DNA from: Ruminococcus sp.
Lineage (GTDB): Bacteria; Bacillota; Clostridia; Oscillospirales; Acutalibacteraceae
DNA: 64,000 nt
Assembly: GCA_004558485.1 (NCBI GenBank)
Contig: SFCS01000006.1
Coordinates: 14,041 to 78,040 of the forward strand
Direction of reading: 5' to 3'
Shown here: positions 50,369 to 59,481 of the stretch, one piece after another
Numbering within the stretch: the stretch's first letter is position 1
How the letters are laid out: every line of letters begins with the position of its first letter
Notes under the pieces: model-generated
What the model was told of the DNA's origin: nothing
Databases searched by the model: none
Seen by the model: only the letters and a program-made list of their open reading frames with translations
Position numbers and translations under genes: made by a program

Positions 50369-50590
50369 TTACAGCGCTTTCAGCACCGCATCCGGCTCCG
50401 TTTTCGTCACGAGACGGGCGATCTCCGCCATGATGGCGTCCTTTTTGTCATCGTCGCCCTCAACGAGCAGCTTCGAGGTCATGAAGTTCAGAGCGGCAAG
50501 GGATACGCCGTCGATCTTTTGGATTTTGCGCTCAAGCTTTGCAGCGCAGTTGGGGCAGTCGATGCCGGTGATGCTGTAGCTTAGTTTCAT
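50369..50590 (-). CDS. heavy-metal-associated (HMA) domain metallochaperone
   Basis: 73 aa with the GIDCPNC metal-binding loop, a variant of the HMA motif GMTCxxC. Confidence 0.75.
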   Translation of the reverse strand: MKLSYSITGIDCPNCAAKLERKIQKIDGVSLAALNFMTSKLLVEGDDDKKDAIMAEIARLVTKTEPDAVLKAL

Positions 50591-50620
50591 GATAATACGC
50601 TCCTTTTTTACACTTTATGG

Positions 50621-50977
50621 TTATTCATAAATATGCTCAAGACCGGCGTCCAGCATCTGTCGGACATGGTCATCGGCGAGGGAGTAATAGACCGTTTTTC
50701 CGTCCCGTCGAAACTTCACGAGCTTTGCCTTACGGAGGGTGGAAAGCTGATGCGAAACGGCGGACTTGGTCATGTCGAGGATGTTGGCGATGTCGCAGAC
50801 ACAAAGCTCGTGCTGCTCCAGCGCCCAGATGATGCGCATGCGGGTGGGGTCGCCCAGCACCTTGAAAAAGGTGGTGACCTGTGCGAAATCGGCGTCGGAC
50901 AGCATTTTGGCGGTGACACAACGCACGGCCGCCTCATGCACCACACTGCAATCGCAGGAAAACGGATTTTTCGACAT
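50621..50977 (-). CDS. cadC: ArsR/SmtB-family metalloregulator (CadC-like)
   Basis: N-terminal Cys cluster (CDCSVVHEAAVRC), wHTH and the CVCD site in the α3 helix. Confidence 0.8.
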   Translation of the reverse strand: MSKNPFSCDCSVVHEAAVRCVTAKMLSDADFAQVTTFFKVLGDPTRMRIIWALEQHELCVCDIANILDMTKSAVSHQLSTLRKAKLVKFRRDGKTVYYSLADDHVRQMLDAGLEHIYE

Positions 50978-50994
50978 GTACGGAACCCCCCCTT

Positions 50995-51052
50995 TTCAGT
51001 TGAACCATCGTTCAACTGTATTATAGTTGAATAACCGCTCAACTGTCAAGTG
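50995..51052 (-). promoter_or_regulatory. cadC promoter (TTGACA/TATAAT) overlapped by two inverted-repeat operators
   Basis: CAGTTGAAccatcgTTCAACTG (50998-51019) and AGTTGAataaccgcTCAACT (51026-51045), with the -10 between them and the -35 at 51044-51049. Confidence 0.65.
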
Positions 51053-51126
51053 CTTTTTGCGATTTTTCTGAAAAAATTTTTTGCGCTGCGCACAAACGGT
51101 TGAAAAAGGAAACCCTTCGCAGGTGC

Positions 51127-51158
51127 GAACCGACAAAAAAGAAACGCTCCGCGGAGCG
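51127..51158. terminator. terminator after the ECF S-component gene
   Basis: AAAGAAACGCTCCGCGGAGCGTTTCTTTTTT palindrome. Confidence 0.65.
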
Positions 51159-51166
51159 TTTCTTTT

Positions 51167-51877
51167 TTATAACCATTTGAAATTGTGTGCGGTGAGGAAG
51201 TCTTTGAGGAAGTAGATATAAAAGAGCACCAGCCCGACCGACAACAGCAGCAGCACCGCGATGAGCGCATAGTGCCGGCGGGAGAGGGTGAGCGTCGTGT
51301 CGGGCGGCAGCAGACGCTCGCGCTTCAGCACCGGCAAAAGCGCTTTGAAAAGCAGCGCGATGAGCAGCGCCTCCACGGGGAACAGGACGAGGCTTTTTAC
51401 GATGCGCACGCCGTTTATGAGGGCATATGCCTCCGCTTTTTCCACGCCGTAGAACACATACAGACTCCACTTATACAAAAGAGAGGTGAGAACAATGTTG
51501 CAGATGAAGTTGACCGTAAATTTGGCAGCGACGGCGCGCGGCACGGTCAGCGGGCGTCTCCAGAAAAACAGCGCAAAAAGAAACGAGCTGCCCATTTCCA
51601 CGCATATAAACGGGAAAAAGTACGGCCCTGTGGGGGCGATGAGACAGCCGAGCGTGTCGGACACCGCACCCACCGCCAGCGCGACGATCGGCCCGTAGAC
51701 CAGCGATCCGAGCGCGTTTACATAACAGTCAAAGGAAAAATACAGCCCCGCGCCGAGCGGGATCTTCAAAAATTTCACCGCCACGCGCAGCGCAATGATG
51801 AGCGCGGCAAAGGTCAAAAGGCGGCGATCGCGGAACGCCCCCGCCGCCGCTTTCCAATAGCTTTTGCTTTCAGACAT
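51167..51877 (-). CDS. folT: ECF transporter S component (folate-family substrate-binding membrane protein)
   Basis: About 237 aa with 5-6 TM helices and S-component topology. ATG 51877 after GGAGGGTG. A THF-riboswitch-like leader upstream supports folate specificity. Confidence 0.6.
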   Translation of the reverse strand: MSESKSYWKAAAGAFRDRRLLTFAALIIALRVAVKFLKIPLGAGLYFSFDCYVNALGSLVYGPIVALAVGAVSDTLGCLIAPTGPYFFPFICVEMGSSFLFALFFWRRPLTVPRAVAAKFTVNFICNIVLTSLLYKWSLYVFYGVEKAEAYALINGVRIVKSLVLFPVEALLIALLFKALLPVLKRERLLPPDTTLTLSRRHYALIAVLLLLSVGLVLFYIYFLKDFLTAHNFKWL

Positions 51878-51879
51878 AA

Positions 51880-52075
51880 AAACACCCTCCGATCTTACAA
51901 AGTCCGACGCCCGCACATGGGCGGCGCTTTGTCCCACGGAGGGAAAACGCCGTATGTACAGTGGGATGCGGCATGTGAACCGCAGCCGCCCGCCCGCGGC
52001 CTTTCGTCCGCGCGGCAACTCCCCGTCCGCGCGGCACTGGTGGAAACTCCACACGCTCACATGCCTACTCTGTAC
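51880..52075 (-). ncRNA. THF (tetrahydrofolate) riboswitch with translational expression platform
   Basis: Minus-strand leader AGAGTAGGCATGTGAGCGTGTGG…GCCGCGCGGACGAAAGGCCGCGGGCGG matches the THF consensus AGAGUAGG…GCGUUAAGUG…CGCGGAACGAAAGCCGG. A downstream CCCTCCGTGGG can pair with the RBS GGAGGG. Promoter TTGCAA-17-TATACT. Confidence 0.55.
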
Positions 52076-52170
52076 CGAACAGTATACATCGAAGGAAAAA
52101 AATTTGCAATAGGGAATTGCGCTGCCCGCGAAAATGTGGTATAATGAACGACAGGAAAGGGAGGGAGTAC

Positions 52171-52347
52171 GGTGAGCGACCCGTGCACATTCTGCACCTA
52201 TTATGTCTATGACGATGATGCCGAGGACTATGTCTGCCTTGTGGATGCGGACGAGGACGATCTCTATCGGTTCTATAGCGGCGCTGCGGATAGCTGTCCT
52301 TTCTTTCGCATGGACGATGAATATAAGATAGTGGAGAAACAGAAATA
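52171..52347 (+). CDS. small acidic 4-Cys protein (58 aa), hypothetical
   Basis: GTG 52171 after GGAGGGAG: VSDPCTFCTYYVYDDDAEDYVCLVDADEDDLYRFYSGAADSCPFFRMDDEYKIVEKQK. Promoter TTGCGC-17-TGGTATAAT. Ends 3 nt before mtnN. Below the ORF-track length cutoff. Confidence 0.4.
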
Positions 52348-52349
52348 GT

Positions 52350-53045
52350 ATGGAATTTGGGATCATTGCCGCCATGCAAAAGGAGGCGGCGCTGCTTTTG
52401 GAAAAAATGCAGGAGAAAACGGAGACGGTCATCGGCGGCGTGACCTACACGGCGGGCGTGCTTTGCGGACGCACGGCGGTTGTGGCGGTGTGCGGCGTCG
52501 GCAAGGTGTTTTCCGCTTTGTGCGCACAAGCCATGATCCTGCGTTTTTCGCCGCGGTATATCATCAACACCGGTGTTGCGGGTAGCCTCAGCACGGCGCT
52601 GCATATCGGTGATCTGGTCATTGCGGACGGTGCGGTACAGCACGACATGGACACCTCCGCCGTCGGCGACCCTGTCGGGATGATCTCCGGCATCAACAAG
52701 ATCCTGCTGCAGACCGACGAAGCACTCACAAAAAAGCTCAAAGCCGCTGCTGCCGCCGCCGGCGCGCGGGCGGTCGGCGGCGTTGTCGCTACCGGCGACC
52801 GCTTTGTGGCGGACGGTGCGGAAAAACGCCGCATCGCCGACACCTTCGGCGCGGTCGCCTGTGAGATGGAGGGCGGCGCGGTGGCGCAGGTATGCTTTGT
52901 GAACGGTGTGCCGTTTGCACTTTTACGGGCGATTTCGGACGACGCCTCCGGCAAGGCACAGACGGACTATCCCGCGTTTGCGGACAGGGCGGCGAGGAAA
53001 AGTGCGGCGCTGCTGCTGACGGCGTTGGAGGGAGAAATATGCTGA
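52350..53045 (+). CDS. mtnN: 5'-methylthioadenosine/S-adenosylhomocysteine nucleosidase
   Basis: PNP_UDP_1 fold. MtnN motifs: MEFGIIAAMQKEA, …VNTGVAGS…, ACEMEGGAVAQV. Confidence 0.85.
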   Translation: MEFGIIAAMQKEAALLLEKMQEKTETVIGGVTYTAGVLCGRTAVVAVCGVGKVFSALCAQAMILRFSPRYIINTGVAGSLSTALHIGDLVIADGAVQHDMDTSAVGDPVGMISGINKILLQTDEALTKKLKAAAAAAGARAVGGVVATGDRFVADGAEKRRIADTFGAVACEMEGGAVAQVCFVNGVPFALLRAISDDASGKAQTDYPAFADRAARKSAALLLTALEGEIC

Positions 53046-53824
53046 AAAACTACCACACGCACACCTGGCGGTGTCATCACGCCTCCGGCACGGAGCAGGA
53101 ATACATCGAGGCGGCGATCGCACGCGGGTTCAAGGTGCTCGGCTTTTCGGATCATGTGCCGGTGCCCAATTTTCCGAACGGCTATCAAAGCGGATTTCGC
53201 ATGAACGCCGATCAGGCGGGGGAGTATGTTGCGACACTTTTGAAATTAAAGCACGCCTATGCGAAGGACATTGACATTCTCATCGGCTATGAGACGGAAT
53301 ATTATCCGGAGCTTTTTGCCGAGCAGCTGGATTTTTTGCGGTCGTTTTCCTTTGACTATCTGCTGCTCGGTCAGCACAATATCAAAAACGAATATGACAG
53401 CGACCGTTCGCTGCACACGCCGACCGCCGACTGCGGACTTTTGCGGGAATATGTCGATCAGGTGATCGAGGGACTTGAAACCGGCGCGTTTGCGTATGTG
53501 GCGCATCCCGATCTCATCCCCTTTGTCGGTGACGAGGACGACTATGCCGCCGAGATGTCCCGCCTGTGCGTCGCCGCAAGGGAGATGAACATTCCGCTCG
53601 AATGCAATCTGCTCGGTGTGCGGGATCATCGCAACTATCCCGATCGGCGCTTCTGGCAGGTGGCGGCAGCGGAGGGCTGCACGGCGATCCTCGGCTGCGA
53701 TGCCCACGGGGTCTCCGGCATTCTCGACACCGACGGTCCGAAACAGGCACGGCGTTTTCTGCGTCGCTGCGGTGTGAAGAACATCACGGAGGATATCCGC
53801 CTTTATAAAGACAAACAGGACTGA
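53039..53824 (+). CDS. PHP-family histidinol-phosphatase-like hydrolase (HisJ family)
   Basis: N-terminal NYHTHTWRCHHA and internal HVAHPD…, GCDAHG motifs of the PHP superfamily. Confidence 0.7.
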   Translation: MLKNYHTHTWRCHHASGTEQEYIEAAIARGFKVLGFSDHVPVPNFPNGYQSGFRMNADQAGEYVATLLKLKHAYAKDIDILIGYETEYYPELFAEQLDFLRSFSFDYLLLGQHNIKNEYDSDRSLHTPTADCGLLREYVDQVIEGLETGAFAYVAHPDLIPFVGDEDDYAAEMSRLCVAAREMNIPLECNLLGVRDHRNYPDRRFWQVAAAEGCTAILGCDAHGVSGILDTDGPKQARRFLRRCGVKNITEDIRLYKDKQD

Positions 53825-54240
53825 GAAAGCCGCTCCGATGGGAGCGGCTCAGACTGTCAAAAAAGTCCGCAGGACGCAAAAGCGTATTCACGCGAAAGGA
53901 CATCTGCAAAAATTTCAGTGAACAAAAGAAGCGTTTCTGCGAAACGCCCGCTTTTGCTGTCGGCGTCAACCGCCCCCTGTCGTATACACATACGCCGACG
54001 GGGGCGGTTTCCTTGCTCCTGCGGTTTTTAGACAGCCTCCCAGTGTGTCAAAAAAACAAGTTTTTTGACACACTGAGCCGCTCCGATGGGAGCGGCTTTT
54101 TATGACAAAAATTGCCAAAATCGGTCGCGCGGCGGAGGAAAAAAACCGCAAAGTTTACGATTTGTAAATTCCACTTGTTTTTTGCTGCAGGGTAGTGGTA
54201 TACTGGTATTGTTAAAGATTTAAGTAGAGTGGAAAATTAT
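53825..54240. repeat. about 415-bp hairpin-dense non-coding region bounded by a 22-nt direct repeat
   Basis: AGCCGCTCCGATGGGAGCGGCT occurs at 53828-53849 and 54067-54088. Between the copies lie GCGTTTC-tgc-GAAACGC, a 13-bp stem CCGCCCCCTGTCG…CGACGGGGGCGG and a perfect 15-5-15 palindrome CAGTGTGTCAAAAAA-acaag-TTTTTTGACACACTG (54031-54065). Confidence 0.6.
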
Positions 54241-54256
54241 GCGGAGGTGTCCTCTT

Positions 54257-55084
54257 TTGTCCTGCGATCTGCATTGTCATACCAAGCTGTCCGACGGCTC
54301 CGTCGGTATTGAGGAGCTCATTTCTCTTGCCAAACGGCGGGGACTGCACACCATTGCCATCACCGACCACGACACCTTTGCGGGGGCGGTGCGCGGCGTT
54401 AATATCGGCAAGCGTGCAGGGTTGCATGTCATTCCGGGCGCGGAATTGTCCGCTGTCGATCCCGCAACCGGCAGGAGGGTACATATTCTATGCTATAACT
54501 GTGCGTCGGCGGCGCGTCTTGAGGGGCTTTGCCGCAGAACGCTTGAGAGCCGAAAAAAGGCGGCGACCGAGATGCTGCGGCGCGTGATGCGGTATTATCC
54601 CATTTCGCCGGAGCTTGTGGTGCGCTGTGCGACCGGCAGCGCCGCCGTGTATAAGCAGCACATCATGCATGCGCTGATGGACGCGGGCTTTGCCGACAGC
54701 ATTTTCGGCGAGGTCTTTGAGCGCCTGTTCAACAAGGAAAACGGCGTTGCCGTTGCCGCGGTGGAATATCCCGATGTGCGGGATGTGCTCACGCAGGTGC
54801 ATGAGGCGGGCGGCATTGCGGTGCTGGCGCATCCGTATGCATATGACAGCACCGAGCTCATGCAGCAGCTCGTGAAGGAAGAGCTGCTCGACGGCATCGA
54901 GGTGCACCACCCGTCGCACGACGAGGCGCGCCGCACGGCGCTCACGGAGTTTGCGACGGCGCATCATCTGCTCATGACCGGCGGCTCGGATTTTCACGGG
55001 ATGTACGGCAAGGGCACGCGCGCCGTGGGCAGCACCGCCATCGACGATGATGCGGCGGCAGCGCTCATGAAATTCAAAAGATAG
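54257..55084 (+). CDS. PHP-domain metal-dependent phosphoesterase (TrpH/YciV family)
   Basis: …CDLHCHTKLSDGS…ITDHDT… N-terminus. Start TTG 54257 after GGAGGTG is preferred; ATG 54239 is an alternative. Confidence 0.7.
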   Translation: MSCDLHCHTKLSDGSVGIEELISLAKRRGLHTIAITDHDTFAGAVRGVNIGKRAGLHVIPGAELSAVDPATGRRVHILCYNCASAARLEGLCRRTLESRKKAATEMLRRVMRYYPISPELVVRCATGSAAVYKQHIMHALMDAGFADSIFGEVFERLFNKENGVAVAAVEYPDVRDVLTQVHEAGGIAVLAHPYAYDSTELMQQLVKEELLDGIEVHHPSHDEARRTALTEFATAHHLLMTGGSDFHGMYGKGTRAVGSTAIDDDAAAALMKFKR

Positions 55085-55095
55085 GATGAGGAAAG

Positions 55096-55350
55096 ATGAC
55101 ACATCATTACCGTACCCACGGCACCTGCTCGCGGGAGATCACCTTTGATATTGAGGACGGCTTGGTCCGCCATGTGCATTTTCAGGGCGGCTGCAACGGC
55201 AACACCCAGGGTGTGTCGCTCCTGGTGGAGGGCATGCCCGCCGCCGAGGTGGTGAAACGGCTTTCCGGCGTCAACTGCAACGGTCGCGGCACCTCCTGCC
55301 CCGACCAGCTGGCAAAAGCGGTGGCAGAGGCGCTCTCCGAGGAACAGTGA
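55096..55350 (+). CDS. TSCPD-domain small protein
   Basis: 84 aa containing the eponymous TSCPDQ motif plus CxR…GxC residues. Confidence 0.65.
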   Translation: MTHHYRTHGTCSREITFDIEDGLVRHVHFQGGCNGNTQGVSLLVEGMPAAEVVKRLSGVNCNGRGTSCPDQLAKAVAEALSEEQ

Positions 55351-55375
55351 ACGACTTTTTGAGGGGGTGAGCGCG

Positions 55376-55900
55376 ATGAACGGTTTTGAAAACGATGCCG
55401 ACATGAAGATCGTCGGCGACGAGAGACCCGCCCCGCCCGACACTGCCGCCAAATGGCAGCAGCAAAAGGCATGCGGCAACATGGACCGCGCACATCGCCT
55501 GGGCGCGGTGCTGGCGCAGCAGCTCATGAACATCGAAGAACCCGACGCGGCACGGCTGCTGCAAAAACAGATGCTGGCAGCGTTCGTGGTGGACGATGCG
55601 CTGCCGGCGTTGGTGCCGGATGAGCTGCTGACGAAAACGGTGCGCGGCACTTTCTATGAACGGCTGCGCGGGCTGCTGCCGAATTTCGAGGACACGCTGC
55701 ATCGACTCGGTGCTTTCACCTTCTATCGCCTGTCCATCGACGGCGACACGCCGGATGCGGCGCGCGTCGGCGCGGTGTTTGCCGCACTTTGCGGCTGCGC
55801 GGAGGACACGGCGACCGAACAGGAGGGCGCAAGGCTCTATCGCGGCTATCATGAGCGGCTCGCCGAAACGGTTGCCATGGTAGATTTCCAAAAAGTATAA
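55376..55900 (+). CDS. hypothetical protein (about 175 aa)
   Basis: Coding-like composition. No domain I can recognise. Follows the TSCPD gene. Confidence 0.4.
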   Translation: MNGFENDADMKIVGDERPAPPDTAAKWQQQKACGNMDRAHRLGAVLAQQLMNIEEPDAARLLQKQMLAAFVVDDALPALVPDELLTKTVRGTFYERLRGLLPNFEDTLHRLGAFTFYRLSIDGDTPDAARVGAVFAALCGCAEDTATEQEGARLYRGYHERLAETVAMVDFQKV

Positions 55901-55964
55901 AAAAATAAAAATATCCGCTTTGTATATTATAAAGCGGATATTTTCATGTAAGGGGGGAAAGAAA

Positions 55965-57341
55965 ATGGAACTGCCCGCGGCATTTTGCCGCCGCATGGAG
56001 CGGCTGCTCGGCGCGGATGATAAGCGCTTTTTTGAAAGCTATGGGACACCCCTGCGGCGCGGCGTGCGGGTAAACTTGCTCAAAACGGACAAAGAGCGGT
56101 TTTTGTCGCTTTTCCCGCTGCCGCTTGTCCCTTCGCCCTTTGCGGCGGACGGATTCTATCTTGACGCACCGCACAAGGCAGGCGGCGATCCGCTGTTTCA
56201 CGCGGGTGCTTACTATATGCAGGAGCCGTCGGCATCGGCGGCGGTGACGGTGCTGTCCCCGCAGGCGGGAGAAAGAATCCTCGACCTTTGCGCCGCGCCG
56301 GGCGGCAAATCGACGCAGATCGCGGCGGCGCTCGGCGGGACGGGGCTTTTGTGGAGCAACGAATATGTCCGCGCCCGCGCGCGCATTTTGGGACAGAATG
56401 CGGAGCGCTGCGGCGTGCGAAACGCCGTGCTTTCCTCCTCGGATGCGGAAACGCTGGCGCGGGGGCTGCCCGCCTTTTTCGATGCGGTGCTGGTGGATGC
56501 ACCGTGCTCGGGCGAGGGGATGTTTCGCAAGGAGCCTGCCGCTCTTTCCGAATGGAGCGAGGACAATGTGGCGCACTGTGCCGCAAGACAGCGGGACATT
56601 TTAGATGCGGCGGCGAAAACGGTGAAGGCAGGCGGCCGGCTTGTCTATTCGACCTGCACCTTTGCGCCGGAGGAAAACGAGTGCACGGCGGCGTGGTTTC
56701 TGGAAACCCATCCCGATTTTGAGCCGCTGCCCATCGCCGTTTCGTTCGGCGAGGCGGGGTTTGCCTTTGATCGCGTGGCGGCGTTCGACAAAACGGTGCG
56801 CGGTGCGCGATATGATGCGGCGGCGTGCAGGCGCATTTTGCCCTGGCACGGCGGGGAGGGGCATTTCATCGCCGCTTTTCGCCGCACGGACGCGCCGCCG
56901 ACCGTGCCCGCCCCCTTTGTGTATCCGAAGGATAAAAACGCCGATGCCGCGGCAGCGCTGTTTTGCGACTGCTTTGCGGGCGAGATGTACGGCGTGCCGC
57001 TGACGGTAGGGGACACCGTGCGGCTGCTGCCGGCGGGACTGCCCGCTTTCTCCGGGCTGCCCGTTCTGTCGGCGGGGGTCGCGCTCGCGGCGGTGTGCAA
57101 AAATCGGCTCGAACCGTGCCACGCCGTGTTTGCCGCCGCAAGGGCGGCAGAGTGCCGGCGGCTTTTGTCGCTGCCGCCGGCGGACGCGCGCCTTGCCGCC
57201 TTTTTGCACGGTGAGGAGCTGCAGACGGACGGGGCTGCGGGCTTCACGGCGGTCGCGGTCGCAGAAATTTCCGTCGGCTTCGGCAAGTGCGCGGGCGGAC
57301 GCCTCAAAAACCGCTACCCGAAGGGGTTGAGAAATTTTTGA
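55965..57341 (+). CDS. RsmB/RsmF-family 16S rRNA m5C methyltransferase (NOL1/NOP2/Sun)
   Basis: SAM-MTase motifs (DLCAAPGGKS, DAPCSGEG) and a C-terminal PUA-like region. ATG 55965 after GGGGGGAAAG. Confidence 0.75.
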   Translation: MELPAAFCRRMERLLGADDKRFFESYGTPLRRGVRVNLLKTDKERFLSLFPLPLVPSPFAADGFYLDAPHKAGGDPLFHAGAYYMQEPSASAAVTVLSPQAGERILDLCAAPGGKSTQIAAALGGTGLLWSNEYVRARARILGQNAERCGVRNAVLSSSDAETLARGLPAFFDAVLVDAPCSGEGMFRKEPAALSEWSEDNVAHCAARQRDILDAAAKTVKAGGRLVYSTCTFAPEENECTAAWFLETHPDFEPLPIAVSFGEAGFAFDRVAAFDKTVRGARYDAAACRRILPWHGGEGHFIAAFRRTDAPPTVPAPFVYPKDKNADAAAALFCDCFAGEMYGVPLTVGDTVRLLPAGLPAFSGLPVLSAGVALAAVCKNRLEPCHAVFAAARAAECRRLLSLPPADARLAAFLHGEELQTDGAAGFTAVAVAEISVGFGKCAGGRLKNRYPKGLRNF

Positions 57342-57349
57342 TATACCCC

Positions 57350-57378
57350 TTGCAAAGTATGGCAAAATCGGTTAGAAT
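57350..57378 (+). promoter_or_regulatory. sigma-A promoter of the pgk operon
   Basis: TTGCAA-17-TAGAAT, about 50 nt upstream of pgk. Confidence 0.5.
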
Positions 57379-57429
57379 AGATACGAAAATCGGCATACTG
57401 CCGGGTTGTAAAGAAAGGGTGCTTACAGT

Positions 57430-58641
57430 ATGAGTTATCTGAGCAAAAAAAGTGTAGAAGATCTCGATGTCGCGGGCAAGCGCGTTCTCGTGCGCTGTGA
57501 CTTCAATGTGCCGCTCAAGGCGGGCGTCATCACCGATGAAAACCGCATTGTCGCCGCACTGCCCACCATTCAGTATCTGATCAATCACCACGCGAAGGTC
57601 ATCCTTTGCTCGCATCTCGGCAAGCCGAAGGGTGAGCCGAAGCCGGAGCTGTCGCTGGCGCCCGTTGCGGTGCGCCTGGCGGAAAAGCTCGGCCGTCCCG
57701 TCGTGTTTGCCGCGGACGACAATGTGGTCGGCGAAAACGCGAAAAAGGCGGTCGCCGAAATGAAGGACGGCGATGTGGTGCTGCTGCAGAACACCCGCTA
57801 TCGCCCCGAGGAGACGAAGAACGGCGAGAACTTCTCGAAGGAGCTGGCGTCGCTTTGCGATCTGTTCGTCAATGATGCGTTCGGTGCGGCGCACCGTGCG
57901 CACTGCTCTACCGTGGGTGTCGCCTCCTTTGTGAAGGAGTCCGCCAACGGCTATCTGATGGCGAAAGAGGTCAAGTATCTCGGCAATGCCGTCAACGACC
58001 CTGCCCGTCCTTTCATCACCATTCTCGGCGGCGCGAAGGTCTCGGACAAGCTGGCGGTCATTGAGAACCTGCTGAATGTTGCCGACACGCTCATCATCGG
58101 CGGCGGCATGGCATACACCTTCCTGTATGCGCAGGGCTATAGCATCGGCACCTCCCTGCTCGATAAGGAAAAGGTCGACTACTGCAGGGATATGCTCGCA
58201 CGCGCCAAGGAAAAGGGCGTGAAGATCCTGCTGCCGGTCGACTGCGTTGCCGCAAAGGCGTTCCCCGATCCGATCGACGCGCCGATCGAGACCAAGGTGT
58301 TTGCAACCGGCGAGGTGCCGGATGACATGATGGGTCTCGACATCGGCCCGAAGACCGGCGAGCTGTTCGCAGCGGAAATCAAGAACGCCAAGACGGTCAT
58401 CTGGAACGGCCCGATGGGCGTTTCGGAGAACCCGGCGCTCGCGAACGGCACGATTGCCGTTGCGAAGGCGATGGCAGCGTCTGATGCCATCACCATCATC
58501 GGCGGCGGCGACTCCGCTGCTGCGGTCAACAACCTCGGCTTCGGAGACAAGATGACGCACATCTCCACCGGCGGCGGCGCGTCCCTCGAGTTTTTGGAGG
58601 GCAAGGAGCTGCCCGGTATCGCCGCAATGACCGATAAATAA
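57430..58641 (+). CDS. pgk: phosphoglycerate kinase
   Basis: Full-length Pgk (…RCDFNVPL…, …[12 protein letters not shown]…). Confidence 0.95.
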   Translation: MSYLSKKSVEDLDVAGKRVLVRCDFNVPLKAGVITDENRIVAALPTIQYLINHHAKVILCSHLGKPKGEPKPELSLAPVAVRLAEKLGRPVVFAADDNVVGENAKKAVAEMKDGDVVLLQNTRYRPEETKNGENFSKELASLCDLFVNDAFGAAHRAHCSTVGVASFVKESANGYLMAKEVKYLGNAVNDPARPFITILGGAKVSDKLAVIENLLNVADTLIIGGGMAYTFLYAQGYSIGTSLLDKEKVDYCRDMLARAKEKGVKILLPVDCVAAKAFPDPIDAPIETKVFATGEVPDDMMGLDIGPKTGELFAAEIKNAKTVIWNGPMGVSENPALANGTIAVAKAMAASDAITIIGGGDSAAAVNNLGFGDKMTHISTGGGASLEFLEGKELPGIAAMTDK

Positions 58642-58713
58642 AACCTGCCATTTTCCGCACGGTGAGCTTTTCACCGTGCGGAAATCGCCGTTATACAGAA
58701 AGGAATGGACAAC

Positions 58714-59466
58714 ATGGGAAAATATGTAATTGCCGGCAACTGGAAAATGAACAAGACGCCCGCCGAGGCAAAGGAGCTGATCGACGCGATCCGCCCGCTG
58801 GTGAGCGACGCGAAATGCGATGTGATCGTCGGCGTGCCGTTCGTGGATCTCCCGACGGCGCTTGAGGCGACGAAGGACACGAACATCGGCGTTGCCGCGC
58901 AGAACTGCCACTGGGAGAAGAGCGGCGCGTTCACGGGTGAAATTTCCGCCGAAATGCTCAAGGCGATGGGCGTCGGCTATGTCATCCTCGGCCACAGCGA
59001 GCGCCGCACCTATTTCGGCGACACCGATGTGACGGTGGCAAAGCGCGTGCGCGCGGCGCTGGATGCGGGGCTCACGGTTATCCTTTGCGTCGGCGAATAT
59101 CTCGAGCAGCGCGAGCAGGGCATCACCGCCGAGGTTGTTGCCATGCAGGTCAAGGTGGCGCTGCAGGGCGTGTCCGAGGAGGAGCTTTCTCGCATCATCA
59201 TTGCCTATGAGCCGGTCTGGGCGATCGGCACGGGCAAGACCGCGACCGCAGGGCAGGCAAACGAGGTCTGCGCGCACATCCGCGCGACCGTCGCCGCGCT
59301 GTACAACGACAAGGCGGCAAAGGCGCTCACCATTCAGTACGGCGGTTCGATGAACGCGGGCAACGCAGCAGAGCTTCTGGCACAGGCGGATGTCGACGGC
59401 GGTCTTATCGGCGGCGCGTCCCTGAAGCCGAACGATTTTGCCACAATCGTCGCCGCTGCGAAATAA
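58714..59466 (+). CDS. tpiA: triose-phosphate isomerase
   Basis: GNWKMN, AYEPVWAIGTG and GGAS motifs. Start taken at the second ATG, 9 nt after AAAGGA. Confidence 0.95.
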   Translation: MGKYVIAGNWKMNKTPAEAKELIDAIRPLVSDAKCDVIVGVPFVDLPTALEATKDTNIGVAAQNCHWEKSGAFTGEISAEMLKAMGVGYVILGHSERRTYFGDTDVTVAKRVRAALDAGLTVILCVGEYLEQREQGITAEVVAMQVKVALQGVSEEELSRIIIAYEPVWAIGTGKTATAGQANEVCAHIRATVAALYNDKAAKALTIQYGGSMNAGNAAELLAQADVDGGLIGGASLKPNDFATIVAAAK

Positions 59467-59481
59467 GAAGAGGTGGACACT

